In this document: positions 11,510 through 26,400 of the stretch, in pieces
Layout: each line of letters opens with the position of its first letter
How positions within the stretch are numbered: the stretch's first letter is position 1
Notes under the pieces: generated by a model
The model's database searches: none
Seen by the model: only the letters and a program-made list of their open reading frames with translations
Told to the model about the DNA's origin: nothing
Position numbers and translations under genes: made by a program
IMG/VR virus record: IMGVR_UViG_3300028591_000010
Coordinates: 1 to 64,000 of that record
Source of the DNA: a virus
Lineage: Duplodnaviria > Caudoviricetes
Strand: one strand, 5' to 3'
Length of the DNA: 64,000 nt

Positions 11510-12431
11510 ATCAGTCATTGCTAAAATTATGGCTGATTTAGATTCTTCTGAAGTTAGACAAAGGACTTCTGACATCAGGGAATGGATATTTGAAGCCGTA
11601 GACAAGATTGGTGCTCCTATGTAGTATATCAGTAAAGAATCTGGGGCAGATGGTGTTCCAGTATTCCCAATATAGGATAATCAAATTCCTATGCCTTCAG
11701 ATTTAGAAGTGCTTGACGGGGTAGCTTATTCGAATAACCCTAAAGGACCTTGGGTGCCTGTATAGCCTACCAGCAAGGTATTTAAAGAGCCTAGGAGACA
11801 TCATCATGGAGAAAAGCCACTGATAATGGAAACTCCTGCCCACGACCCTGAGAACTACGCTATAGAAGATCGTAAGGATATTATATTTCCACACCAGCCA
11901 ATGAGACATAAGTTAATGACTTCATAGTCATAGTTCTACACAATGAACACTATGAAGTACATAGATACTATGTTTGGTAAAGATAGACTACATGAGAAGC
12001 CCGAATATTTTATTAAGCCTGGCTGGATGGTATTCAATAGACCTAAAGGATTCGTTAAGCTTGCGTACAAAGCTATTGCTACAGACGAGAGAGGCTATCC
12101 TCTGATACCAGATTTAGAGTCATATAGAGAAGCTATCTACTGGTATGTTATAATGAAGCTTACGTTCCCTAAGTTTATTAGTGGAAAGGTAGGAGGTAAC
12201 TCTAAATATGCTATGAAGTACGCTAGAGACACTTACTTCTATACACAATAGCAATGGAACTTCTATAGAAACCAAGCATATGCTGAAGCAATGATGCCTA
12301 CAGCTGGTGATATGGAGAACATAAAGAACGAATGGAATAGACTTATCCCTGAGATTGAAGCTAGTGATACGTTCTTTAAAGATATAAATTCTAGAGATCA
12401 CATATATAACGATTACTACTATGGTTATTAA
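11484..12431 (+). CDS. Tail tubular/ring protein (P22 gp4-like; TAG=Gln, 315 aa)
   Basis: VIAKIMADL...IREWIFEAVDKIG...DERGYPLIPDLESYREAIYWY...WNFYRNQAYAEAMMP. Includes fragment 11943-12251. Confidence 0.75.
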
Positions 12432-15400
12432 TGAGAATAATTCACATATAAACTCCTTTACCAAAGGAATGAATTCTGATACTGCATATGATCAGATATA
12501 GAATGTGCAGTACACATACGGTAAAAATATCAGAATTACGAAGAATCAGATGCTTGGAGGAGCTAGTGATTATTCTACTATTCGCGAAGGTGTAGTTTCT
12601 CCAGTGCCCATAGGAAGAGATGAAGAGCCTTTTGTATTTAAAACTAACGAAATAGGCCAATATCCAGAAATAATAGCTACAGATTCTATAGATGACATAA
12701 GCATAGTAATATGTTCTGATGATACCGACGATATTGCTGTATTTAAAATAAATCCGGATTCTCCGAGCAACCCAGAGTTGATATGGTTTTCAGAACAATT
12801 CTTTAACGGTAAGTCGAAAGATATATCTACTGTATTATATAAGGAGTTAGATAATGTAATAAAACTATATATAGCGAGCGATGTATGTCCTATTATAACA
12901 TTGAGGGTTGAAGATGGACATCCTGACTATTATTCCCCATAGACACATTGGAGAGATAAAGATTATCTTATAAACAATAGGATAATGCCTAAAGATCCTG
13001 TATACATAGATGACGTAATAGACGGTAGACTTATTACATCATAGGTGCAGTATACATACAGATTTTATAACAAATATGGCAACTCTACTTAGCTTGCTCC
13101 TCTTACTAACAAAATACAAGTAATAAGTCCTATAAGAGATAAAGAAGTAGGTAACGCTGAGAATACAGAGACTTCTATTGGATTCACTATAAAAATTCCC
13201 ATAAAAGATAGTAATAACTTTGACTACATGGAAGATTTTGACAGAATGTAGGTGTTTAGATTGTCTTTTATTAAACCCAATGAAGACTCCGAAGTAGCTC
13301 TTATTTACGATGATAAAATAAAAAAGGTATCTGGCAACAACTTTATTCTCAACGATGTTGGCATAGAACCTTTACAGGTATTGACTATCGAAGAGTTTTC
13401 CTCTATGTCAGGTCTTATACTTACTCCGAGGACAATAGAAATAAATCAACAATATATGTTTTGTTCGAACATAGAAGATGACACAATCATTACTGATTTA
13501 CGTTTGAACGGAGTTGACGGAAATACGACAATACCTATTGTACATACTAGCGTTACTATATCAGATACAGTAGATGGAACAATACCAACTGTAACTGGAG
13601 AAAAATTCAAAAGTAGTGATTATATATACGAAAATAATGATAGCCCTTTGATGTCTGTAACAGATTATTTTGAAAATAGAGGTATAAATTCAAATCTACC
13701 AAAATCTACATACAATAATCTGTTTGCATCTAGTTTACTTAGATCTTTGAGAAGAGGAGAGGAATATAAATACGGTATTGTATATTATGATGATAAAGGA
13801 CGCAGATCTGATGTAATACCTATTGGAAATGTAAAAGTTGGTAAAATAGGAGTAGACATAAATCCCTTTACTATAGAAGGAGGAAAGTTAATAGCAAATC
13901 CAATAGGTGTAAAAATAACACTTCCTCAACCTAAAAATAAGTACGGAAACATATATCCAAATATAGTCGGATGTCAGATAGTAAGGCGGTCTTCTTCTGA
14001 AATATATTAGAATACTCTACTTCAAGTGGCATTGGCTAGACCAATTTAGCAAAACCTAGCCCTTTTGAACAAAGATTGGGAAACTGAAAACAAATCTCCA
14101 TTCTATCCGTCTGGATTTCTTTCTACCGACGATATTTATATATGCCCTACATATTATGAAGAGCTTACTAAATATGCAGACGGATATAGCACTGTTGCAG
14201 GATCAAATGACCTAGAAATAGAGAATGGAGTGGCTTTAAATCTAGGAAACAATATATATGTAATAAGATATTCACAAGAAGTACTAAAATATTTTTATAA
14301 ATTTTCTGCAAAAACTAAAAATAAACAACTTTTTTAGATCTTTTCTTCAGAAATAGATTTTAGAAGAGACGATGTTTTAGACAGATTGAACGTATCTGAC
14401 GTCGAAATAGAAAATTTATTATCAGTACAACCTTCTTATAAAAGATATGGAGATTTATCTGTTCCTACTTGGCAAACATCAAGCGAAACTTTAAGAAGAC
14501 GACACGATTGGGAAGAAGGTTTGAGATTCTTTGGAGAATTAGACGTAACAAACGAATATATAATTGATCCAAACAACGAAGACGGTATTACAAAAAGTGA
14601 TGTTATATTTCACAGAGATTAGGCTTATAAATTATCTACAACAGAAAAAACAAACGTACATTGGGTATTCAATTATTTTACTGCAGCTAGAGCCATAATT
14701 AATCCAAAACCTTCTGATAAAGTTTCTATAAAATCAATAAAAGATGTAAAAATACCTGGATGGAACGATGGGTTTACGAATATATTAAAAAATGACGATG
14801 GGTTAACAATAGGAGGTATAAAAAAATATCAACAATATACTACCAGCATAGACCACCATGTCTACAACAATTGGGCATCTTTTGGGAAATATAACTTCTA
14901 GACTGGAGGTATGGAAAGATTTCCGAATACAACTGCACATAAAGATGGCGGCGAATTTATAGACAAATCGGAGTGGTTGTATAGTTGGATAAATGATTGG
15001 AATGATTCAAGAGATGACTTCTTAAGATGTGGCTTTATCGGTCCTGGGCCATCATGCTTTCTTATTGCCACAAAAGGAGATTTTGGCACGTATTATGACA
15101 ATAATAAGTTACATACGCTTATATGCAATATAACACATTCTCCAAAAATAGAAAACGTTCAATCTGAGGAGCATACTACATATTTTGGATTTGGTAATTA
15201 TTTTAGATTGAAATTAGATAATAACTAGTACAAGATTGTAAATAAAAACAATTCTTTATCTACATATGCAGTAGTTTTCGACGGAGATATATATATTACG
15301 CCTCATGAGATAACTACTATGTATAAGACGTACAATTTTGAGTCAGTAGATACTCTACAATCCACATAGATTACTAACTACATTCCACTTGAGTCTAAGG

Positions 15401-16617
15401 TTAATACCTACTTTGACTATGGGCAAAATCTTAGAAACACAGAAAGTCCAAATCTAATATATGAACCAGGTTAGATAGAAGGTATTATAACACAAGAACG
15501 TCCTGCCCATCAGTATAATATGATATACTCTGATAATGACGCTTCCAACGATGTATTTACCCTTATATCTACAGATAAGAATGAAACTAATAAGTTCCCA
15601 CAGCGTACATATTTCTCTGAACCTAAGACAAATGGAGAGTTTATAGACAATTTCTTAATCTTTAAACCAGCTTCATTTATAGATGTTGAAGGTACTTATG
15701 GATAGATAACAGAGCTTGCTACAAACAAGAATATACTGTATTACTGGCAAGAACATGCATTTGGTAAGTTTAGTGTCAACGAGCGTTCTTTGGTCAACGA
15801 TACGAATGGTAATACTATAATGCTCGGACAAGCTGGTATTCTCTCTAGATACGACTATATTGATACTAGATACGGTATGAGAGAAGGTGATAGATGTGAA
15901 TGTCCTGTAGACGATATGGTATACTGGGTTGATATTAACAATAAGGCTGTTGTAGCTGGTAATACACAACAGGCTATCAACTATGGAGAACGTTTGGGTG
16001 TATAGAATATCATAAACGATACGATATCTACAAAGAAACCTTATGTTCATCATGATCTACAAAACGACGAATTGCTTTGTAAATGTTTAAGAGACGGGTA
16101 TTAGTTAGTTTTCAACACTAAGTATAATATGGCCACTTCTATATATACTAGAAGATATGATGACATGCTAAATGTAAAGAATCATCTATACACGGCATAT
16201 ATAACAGACAACGACGATCTTCAAGTAAACAAGATCAATTACCTAACCAACGTAGAAAATGTTTAGTTTTTGTCTCCAATACAACTTAAGTTTGTAGTCA
16301 ATCCAAATGCGTCTATAACAAAAGTGTTTGATTCTCAATAGATAGTTCCAATAAAGAGAAATATATCTAAAGAATCTTTTGATAATACACAGATGTATTT
16401 TGAAACTGACACATTTAGCAAAGTCATAGGAGACATGTAGGATCGTTATACTGATAGGGAAGGTAATATTATATACAACGTTCCTAGATGGGGTAACGAA
16501 CAATATGGAAATAGAATGAGAGGTAAATGGATGTTAGTAGACATGTATAACAATGATCCTACTGAATATAGTTGTTTATCTCACGTAATAACTAAATTTA
16601 GACAATCCTTCAGTTGA
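12421..16617 (+). CDS. Tail muzzle/stabilization protein (P22 gp10-like; TAG=Gln, ~1398 aa)
   Basis: Starts with NSFTKGMNSD. Seven ORF-track fragments lie in one frame. Motifs SLRRGEEYKYGIVYYD, FDGDIYI and RMRGKW. TGA stop. Confidence 0.8.
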
Positions 16618-16619
16618 TT

Positions 16620-19004
16620 ATGAAATAGAAAAAGAAATTGCCTAGATATTGGCTAGGTACAAGAAAACCCACAGGATTGGGTTACCAGCCCAACAGAGGG
16701 ATTGGTGATACTACATTTAATACTTAGAAAGGTATATCTGTATAGCCTGAAGCTAATGCGATGCGCTAGAACCAGTTACCCAATGCGTTAGGAAAGTTAA
16801 GTTCTGCCGCTTAGTATCCTATGTAGATGTTATAGAATCTTACTCCTTTATTAACTACAGAAGCAGCCAATGCTTTTAAAACAGCAGGATCTTAGATATT
16901 ACCTACCTCTACTAAAAACTGGGCAATAGGCACTGCATTAAAGGAGGTTGGAAAAAAGGCTCCTACCAAAGCGGGATTAAACACCATTGGTACAACAGCA
17001 GGGGCACTTGGTACAGCTTGGGGATTGTATAATATAGGTTCTGACATAGCACATGCTGGAGATACTATATCTCAAGGACAGATAGCTAATTCAGCTGCTA
17101 CAAATACTATAACTACCGCAGGAGGTAATACTTATACCGAGCGAGGAGGTCTTGATGCTCAAGGTATAATGGATTATGAGCACTAGATGGCTACTGCAAA
17201 GAAAGTGGGATTGACCACAGATGCTGTTGGTCTAGGTGCTTCTGCAGGCGGATTAGTTGGTTCTATTGTTCCTGGTGTAGGTACTGTACTTGGTACTGGA
17301 ATAGGAGCTGGTCTTGGATTATTAGCTGGAGGTGTAGCATCGTTACTTGGTTTCGGAGACAATGAAGAAGAAGTAGAACAGATGATGCGAAATCAAGAGG
17401 ATGTATTTGCTATGCAGAATAGATAGAGTAGAGCTACCGCACTAGATAAAGATACTAAAGCAGAGTTCTATAATCGTGCTGCAGATGGTAAACGTCCTGT
17501 ATGGACTCCAGCTGGTCTTATAGGAAAGAAAGCTACAGCTAGAGTATCTAATGGAGAAGTAGTAGGTAATTTTGAAGAAGGTATAGCTACAAGAATACCT
17601 GGATAGAAGAATAATAAAGACACCAAACTAGCCGCTCTTAAGGATGGTGATTTTGTAATAAGTAATAAATACGGTCTCTCTGACTATGCAGCGGCTACAG
17701 GAGACTATGCAGGAGCATTAAACCTGTAGGAAATGTTAATGGGTATGAGAAATTCAAAAGGATATAAATGTGGTAAGTTACCTGGATTTAAGTTTGGCTG
17801 GGATAGTGCTTTATCTATGCTTCCTCACGTAATGTCTTTCATGACCAACCAGAGTTAGTATAATAGAGCTAAGAATGCTGATACATATGCTCCAGATACT
17901 TACGTAGACAATGCAGAAGGGGCCAAGGCTGTCAATGAATTAGCACAGCTTAGGTATGATGCTACTCCATACTATAGAGAAGCTTAGAGAGGCTTAAATT
18001 AGGCTAATTGGGATGCTCGTAGACAAGTTGGTCTAGGTATGGGAGGTAGAGCTATAGCACAGAATGCTAACTTTAATGCTTATTTGAACAGTTTAGCTAA
18101 GATTAATGCAACTGAGAATGAAGCTAACACTGGATATAGAACAGCTTATGCTAATGCTTTAGCTCAGTTGGGTGCTAGAAATCAAGAAGCTCGTATTAAT
18201 AGTAATATACACAAATATGGTTGGCAACAGCAAGCTAATGCTGCTAAAGAGAACTGGATGGCACAGTATCTTAAGAATAGAGATACGAGCTTCCTCAATG
18301 GTGTTGCAGAATGGCTTAAACAGGGTCAGTATAAAGATTCTCTTGCTGCTCAGAATAGAATGCTGAATATCTATGAAATGCAAGCTAATACCGATCGAAT
18401 GAAAGTATTGAAAGGTCTTCCTGACGCAGTTATAACTAATCCTCCTTCTACTAGATCCACATACGTTCCACCAATGATAGCCAGACCGGAAGAAACAAGT
18501 CAATATGTAAAACCGGCCTCACAGTTATATACAGTGACAACTCCTACTACACTAAAGAGAGATTACAGGAATTGGAGTACGCCTGTATGGGGAGGTTTAG
18601 GTGGTTTTAAAAACGGCAAACTTCCAAGATGTGAAGATGGATTGGTAGATACTAGAAGTGATACAACATATCAAGGATATAATCCAAATCCGATACCATG
18701 GGGAGCTGGATCGGGTCCTGCAGGACAAGGTCCTCTAACTTTATTAGAAGGTGCAGATCAAGCATTAACTCTTCAAAGCGTACGTAATAATCCGCATTTG
18801 TAGACAGGCGTTGCTCCAAGCCCCATGTCTAGAGCAAAAAAGGTTTATGACGGAGCTAGAAAGTTTAATAATTTGAATGATTCGCGTTGGTGGAAGAATT
18901 ATGACAACTACTACGATCCAATGTCACCACTTATAGAAGGAATGAACATAGGTTTAGGCGGATATGGATTATACAACGTCTTAAAAGATAAGCAGAAGAA
19001 ATGA
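16620..19004 (+). CDS. Ejected cargo protein with Gly-rich transmembrane segments (TAG=Gln, ~794 aa)
   Basis: Fragments 17187 and 18039 are in frame. GxxxG-rich TM-like segments, ARVSNGEV motif, position after the muzzle gene. Confidence 0.65.
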
Positions 19005-20491
19005 CATTTTTAGGACTTGAAAGACCGGTCGAACAAGGAAGAGAGTAGGTGTTTGACCCAGTTACAGCTTAGATGGTCTTAAATGCCAATAGAGACTATA
19101 TAAATGCTGTATACAATGAATATCAATAGGCTAAGTAGGACATGAAGGACTTCAATAAAGAGTATGGAGATTTTCTTAGTCCTATAGCTAAAGATATGGA
19201 TTGGTATGCAAAGAATGTTACAGGAGCTGTAAGAGATAAAATAAATGACTTATACGCTAGAGGTATAGATCCTCTACGTAGTTCTGAAGGTAGAGCTGCT
19301 ATATCAATGTTCTTAAATTCTATAGATACTGCAGGTATTGCTAAGGTAAGATAGAGTGCAGAAGCTGCTAAAGAGTATATTAAGAATAGAGGTATATTGG
19401 AGGCATCTGGCAAATGGGATCCTAATTTTGAAAGATTTGCTAATAACGGACAGATGTTAGAAGATTGGGATACTATGGGTGGAGGATAGATTTGGACTAG
19501 AACTTCTCCTGTAGAACTTAAAACCCTTAAAGAAGTTACAGAACCTTGGTATAATAATAGAACGGCACACATGCTTGATAAGGCTGGCGTAGAGTCTTTT
19601 GGAATGGCGTATGATCCTAGATATTAGTACAGTGGATTTACCAATAAAGACCTTTTGGATATTGCAGCAGGATAGACGCCTGGATGGAACGGTAGTATAT
19701 ATGCAGATTATTATAGAAATGTTGCAAAACAAATGGTGGCGGCAAATAAACTTCTTAATGGAGATGACAGTCCTATTACTGCAGAAGAAGTAGAGAGGCA
19801 ACTACAATAGAATGTTGCTACTGCAAATAAAGAATATCTTATACAGCCTACTAAAGAAGCAGATCAGTTTGCATTAGATAATCATCGTACGGCAAATGAC
19901 ATTGGTGCATATAGAGCAAAACAGGCTATTGATTTTGAATATGATAAGAAACGACTAACTGATCCTGTATTTATGGCGGCTGCTGCGCAGAAAGGTAAAT
20001 CTGGAAAGGGAGGAAAAGTTGTAGAAAATCATAATATATTTAGAGAGGCCGAAATAAAAGCAAATTCGGCATTACCAAACAACCCATGGACAACAAATGT
20101 TGGTACTCATACAGGATACGTTCCTTCTGGATAGTATGGAGAATTGATAGATCCTATTATTCCTGGACAATATTTGTTAGGAAAAGATAAGAATTCTGGG
20201 TAGACCATTGAAATGTTCAAATTTAACAACGACGATATACTGGATCATATTTATACTGTAGAAAAGAACGGTGAACTTAGAAAACGAGAACTTGTTAATA
20301 ATTCTAACAGCGATGCGTTTACATTTACACCAGAAGGACAAATTGTTGCTACAAAAACTCCAAGTGGATACCGCTACTTTATATCAGGTACATTGAAAGG
20401 TAATAAGAGTAGAAATGACGTATACAGCAAAAAGAATAAATAGATCTGGATAGAAGTAACAGAAAGGGGTTATGTATATGACGGTAAATGA
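19001..20491 (+). CDS. Putative cargo/ejection protein (TAG=Gln, ~496 aa)
   Basis: Fragments 19142 and 20213 are in frame. ATGA overlap with the previous gene, TGA stop. Confidence 0.65.
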
Positions 20492-23400
20492 TATTGATAA
20501 CTTCAGAAAACTAAATGCAATGACGGCGCCATCCGACAATACTCGGGTGGTGTCGCCTTATCGCATAAGAGCAAAAGGGCAATCTAGACCAAATATAACT
20601 ACTGTAAATAGATAGGAATAGATTCGTAGAATACGAGAAGCTGGTCAAAAGCAAAAAGAAGACGCAGATCGTATAGAACAACTTAGACTGGAAAGAATTG
20701 CTAAAGCTTAGGCTGAAGAAGAAGTTAGAAGGAATGAGAGACGTCGTCTCGATGATATTGCAGCAGCTGAACGTAAACGTAGAGATGCGATTCAAAAGCA
20801 ATACGAAGAGCAGAAAAGCATAAACGAAGCTAACGCTGAAGCAGAAAAAAAGCTGGAAGAATAGACATACGAGAAGAATTATCAGGATTGGAAAGCTGAT
20901 ATAGCTAAAAACCCAGATGATTATAACCCATTTACAAGAGCTATTGCAAAAGCGTCAACTTTAGGATTAGGATACGATAGACTTGCTCGTACGCTGTTCG
21001 ATATGAAAAACAAGTTTGGTTCTGTAGCAACAAATTCTATAGATACAAACGGTACTAGATATCAAGGAGAGATATCTCTAAGACAACATGCTATAGATGC
21101 GGCGCAAGAGCATCAAAATAGAATTGGTCTTGAGCAATACAAATTAAATTTACAAGATGTATAGAAAGAATTTACTCCGGGAACAAAAGAGTATGGTGAC
21201 ATACAGCGCAACATAAACGATATAGACGGCCTCTTGAACAATCCTTTGTCAAAACAGCTGGACGATGATTATAAGCAAAATTATGTCATCAATAAATCTG
21301 GAGTATGGGATCTGATGAAGAAAACTTGGCGTAATTTTATGTCAGGCTTTACTTATGATCAATATAAAGATCTTATCGCAGAACGTAACTACAAACAAGA
21401 CGTAGACCAGTATTATGATACTCTTGTAGAAGTAAGAAACGATATCCAAAAAAGCAATACTAACAAAGACTTCTTATATGCTAAAGTAAATCCATATGCT
21501 CCTGGTGTAGGACAAAAAAGAATAGACAATAAGAGGACACTGGCTTCGTATACTCCGCAAGAATTACTTAATCTAGACGCACAGCAAACAAACAATAGGT
21601 TAAACGATCTTAATGAAGAGGTAAAAGCTTATTAGAAATTATATGCAGATAATAGACAACATTTGGCGGATAGTCAAAAATATTGGCAGATATCTGAATA
21701 TTTTAAACACGGAATAAATGCGCATCAAAACGATCCTTTAAATAGTCTTGGATATTGGGGATACGCTATATATCCTATGATAGGTAGTACATTCTCTTCT
21801 CCAGAGCAATTAGTGTCTACTGCAGCTTAGATTGGTTCTGCAGGAGGTTTTGCTTCTACTCCATGGACAGGCGGTGCTGGTGCTGCTATAGGTGCTGGTG
21901 CAGGACTTGTTGCTGGATATTATGGAATACAATCAGGTTTTGCTGAAAACAAAACGGAAGCTGGACAAAAACGTATAGATAACTTCAAAGAACTATTGCA
22001 GCAGAAAGGAGACAAGACACCAGATAAGACTATAGCAGAACTTATTGACAGATCTGGTTAGTATTGGAAAAAGCAAGGTTGGTCTGAAGAGTAGATAAAT
22101 GAGTATTTGAAAGGAGAAGAAGGAAAGAATCACGCCATAAACGACTATCTTACTGGATTGACAAAAAGCCTTGTAGATAAATCTGGGAATCCTTATGTAT
22201 TTGATGGAGAATCTAAGCGTCCATTATATACAAATCCAATAGCAGATCCTGTTGTGCAAAATGCAGAGTTGTATTCTACACAAGGTTTACAAGCTTTATA
22301 TGAAGCAGATAATGCTCGTACTGTGATAGGAAACCTATTCTAGACTTTAATTTCTATAACACCAACTGGGTCAATGCGTAAAGCCGCAAATATGTATCTT
22401 GGTGAACAAGGAGTAAAAATTTTAAGCGGAAATTACGCAAAAGGTGCAGCTATAGGTGAAATGGCTGGTTTTGGTGTCGCTGGTGAAGTGATTGGCGGTT
22501 CAGCATACACTTTAGGACATACTTTAGCAAAAGCTGGAATAGAACAACTGCCAACAAGAGCTAAAAACCTATTCAGAAGTATTGAACAAGGCGTTATGCA
22601 CAAATATCAAGACGTATACGACAAACTTCTACCGAGTAGTAAATTCGGAAAAGCTGCTGCTATATATGGAACTAGAGCTGCAAAGACAACATCTGCATCT
22701 ATGATGTCAGAAGGCGCAGAAGAAGCTGTTCAATATTTGAATAGTAAAGAAGATTATGCCAAGAAGTACGGATGGGATGGAATGTCTATATCTGATGCTA
22801 TATTTAATGATATATATCAAGGAGCTAGAGTATTTAATTCTTATGGTGCATTACTTGGTATTACTGAATCGGATCTTCTAAACGATGCAGAATATTGGTC
22901 TAATGTACAAGGAGGATTTGCTTTAGGTGGAATACACACTGGTACAGTAAGAGCTGGCGTGGAAGGATTTAATGCATATCGTGAGATTCCAGTTCATAAT
23001 GCTATTCTCGAAAGCGCTGTAATGAATCGTGAGCTCGATAAGAAAGATAGGGCTGCTAATGTAGAGTTTGCACGTTAGGCTATGCGCAGAAGAACTAATG
23101 AAACGCTAGAGGTTCTTGATTGGATGGAGCGAAATGATTCCAGAAGAGAAGAGCCGATGTTTACATCTGAAGACTACGCTGAAAAGAGGAAAGCAGTAGA
23201 GAGAATATCTCAGTTGGTAAACAATAAAGATATGCGCGCTAGACTTGAAGCAAAAGGTATTGTTTACGGTACAGAGGAATACGCAAATGCTATTGCAGAT
23301 AGATATAGTTTAGAGGAATAGTACAGACAAAATAAAGCAGAACAATAGGATAAGAATAACAGTATAAACGGGTTCTATAATACAAAAGAATATCAAGAAG

Positions 23401-26400
23401 AAGCTGATGCTATTGTTGAACAATATCTTAATTCTGACTTTGAAGAAATGATGGGCATGTCTGCCGCTATGGTTACTGCAGGTAATGAAGCTGTAGCAGC
23501 AGAAATACAGAGAGCAAATGAAGCTGGTGAAGACACTAGTACGTCAGACTTTAAAAAGCATCTCCAGACTATACGTAAAGATGCTTAGGAAGCACACAAT
23601 CAGCAAGTAAGAATGCAGTACAGAAACAATGTATTGCAGATGTCTCATATTGCTCATAAATTACAGTCTCTTTTAAAATTAAGAGCTCAGCATAAGTCTA
23701 TTAATGACTTTTTTAAATACATCAACGATAAGTTTAATCTTAGACCAAAGAGAGGTGATGCAAAACTCATTACGCAGAATGTAGATGAACAAATAAGATA
23801 GACTAAAGAACAACTTCGTCAGATTGCTGAAGAATTTGATCCAGAATTATCAGATGAAGCAACGTTGGAATTTATAAATCAGCTGCCTATTGTAAATGCT
23901 CATTCTGAGGAAATAGAACGTCATGAAATCGCAGCTGCTATGCTTCAAGCAGATAAAGCAGTAATAGACAGACATGCTGCTATGTTTGACGAAGGTCTTG
24001 TTAAGACGGCAGACGGAAAATATCAGTATAATCCTAAGCAATGGAAAGCTCAGAAAGAACATGCAAACAAACTTCTTGAAAAATTTAGAAAGAAAGAACT
24101 TACTTTTGAACAGTTTCAAGAGCAAATGGGTAACGCTCCTGCTGCAGAGCCTTACAATGAAGAGGATGTCAAGAACAATCCTTATGCAAGAAGAATAAAA
24201 GCTATTATTGATGCTAGAAAAGATGATGAATCTTTGGAGCACATGATGCGAGATATAGAGGAAGGCGACGGCGTTGTAAAAATTCTTGATGAATTAGCCA
24301 AAGAAGAAACAAAGGAAGCTACTTCAGATAAAGATAAAGAAGATGCTAGAGAAAGGTCTGAATCATTCGACTTTGAAACTGCAGAAACAAGCCCCGTAGA
24401 GGCTATTTCTAGCCCTTCTGAGAGCGTTTCTACTGCTCAGCCTACAATTACTCCAAGAGAGAAATACGAACGCCGTAAACAGCGTGCAAATGAGAATTAC
24501 AAGAAGCGTAAAAAGAGTCTTAGAGACTTAAGAAAGAGAGCGTACGCCACTATAGTTCCTATTCCTACTCCCTTATTGGATTTGGCTAATTATCTTATAA
24601 CAAAGGCTCAGATCGGAACCTATAAGATTGCTCAATTTGCAGAAGAACTTAAGAATTTAGCAAAGTCTAGAGGATTCAACGCAAACGATTTTGTATCTGG
24701 TATTAAGTCTTTCTATATAGATAATGCTGTTCAAGCTATATCTGAAAATCCAGAGCTATCAGAAAACTTCTCAGATACAAAAGAGATAGTATCGTTCCAT
24801 TTTGGAGATCAAATAGAAACGAGTTAGCCTACAACCACAGGAGCTGCTCAATCTATGCAGGATCAAATAAATAGAGAAACTGCAAAGATTAATACTACTC
24901 TTAGTACTCATTATGATACAGTTGTAAATATAGATGGTGGTATAGAAATATATCCTAATAGAGAGGCTATAGTAAATGCAAAGTTTGAGTCTAATGTAAT
25001 GTGGCAAAGTATCGTTGAAAAATTAGAATCTCTTAAAGATAACGAATCAGAATATAAAACTTATCTTGAAGATTTATTTAAGAATTTCTAGAATTTCAAT
25101 ATACCTATAAATGATTATGTAAAATATCGTAATGTGCACGGCATGTCTCAAGCTATAGCTAACATGCGTTGTAATCAAGAGAATACAGAAAGTGTACAGA
25201 ACGGTAAACATATAAGAAACGCTGTTGTTGCTATAATGCTTGGCAATGAGGACCAAATTGATAAGAGTTATTTCTTAGGGGATTATGAAGGTTTCAGACA
25301 ACAGATACTCAGACTTAGAGAACAACTTACATCTAAGGTAAACGGAAAAGGTCTTACTATTCTAGATACAGCTGTTCCTATATATGGTACAGATTACAAT
25401 GGAATGAGAATATCGTCCGAAGCAGATATCATAGCTACAGATGGTACTAAAATATATGTAATAGACGTAAGATATTCGTTTGATTCTCCAAGAAAAAACT
25501 GGAATATTAAATTTCCTAGAGCTACGTTTACTATTGGAGAACACGTAACTAAACGTGTAAAATAGATAGAGCAAATAGTAAATACTAAGTTTGGTCGTGG
25601 AGTAAATGGATTATATTGTCTTCCTATTATATACGATCCATCTTCAGAAACAACATTAGCTGATGGTACAACTATATAGGGATATTTAAGCGTTGACTAT
25701 AGCGAATCTGGGGCCGCTCTCAAGGAGATTAAGCCTGAGACGAATGATCCTATAGATGAGTCATTAGATACGCTCAGAGAGGCTGCAAATAGTCTTATAG
25801 ATGAAATAAATAAGAATATAGACGAATATAATACTATAGCAGAAGAAGCTAGAAAATATTCAGATTTATATCAACCAATAGATAATGTAGAAGTTCATAC
25901 ATTCGATTCTGCACAAGAGTATAAGAATTATATTAACACTATACATGCTCAGTACGATACATTGCAAGATCGTATCGATGAAATGAAGACTTTGATAAAT
26001 CAAAGGTCTAATTTGTATGACGAAGTATGGCAACAGAGACAGCAGAACGAAACAGATCAACAGCCAATAGAATACGAAACAAAGTTATCTATACTCAAAG
26101 ACGCATGTTCAGATCTTGAAGTATTGATCGACGAATTACCTGATGTTAGAGTTACTACAGATGTAGAACGCAATAACGTAGAAGCTTTTGTAGATGCTTT
26201 ATTTAAAGCACAACTTGCATTGGATGATGTACTATCTACACAAGGAATGGATGCTATAGATATTGCTTCAGAATAGCAGCTTATTGCTACAGCTATAGAA
26301 ATTCTTACCAAAAACGAAGAAGGCTTTGGTAAGCCTGCTGTATTTGCTAAACGTTGGTGGGCTACATAGTTTGCAATAGGAGTTACAAATAATACTTCTG

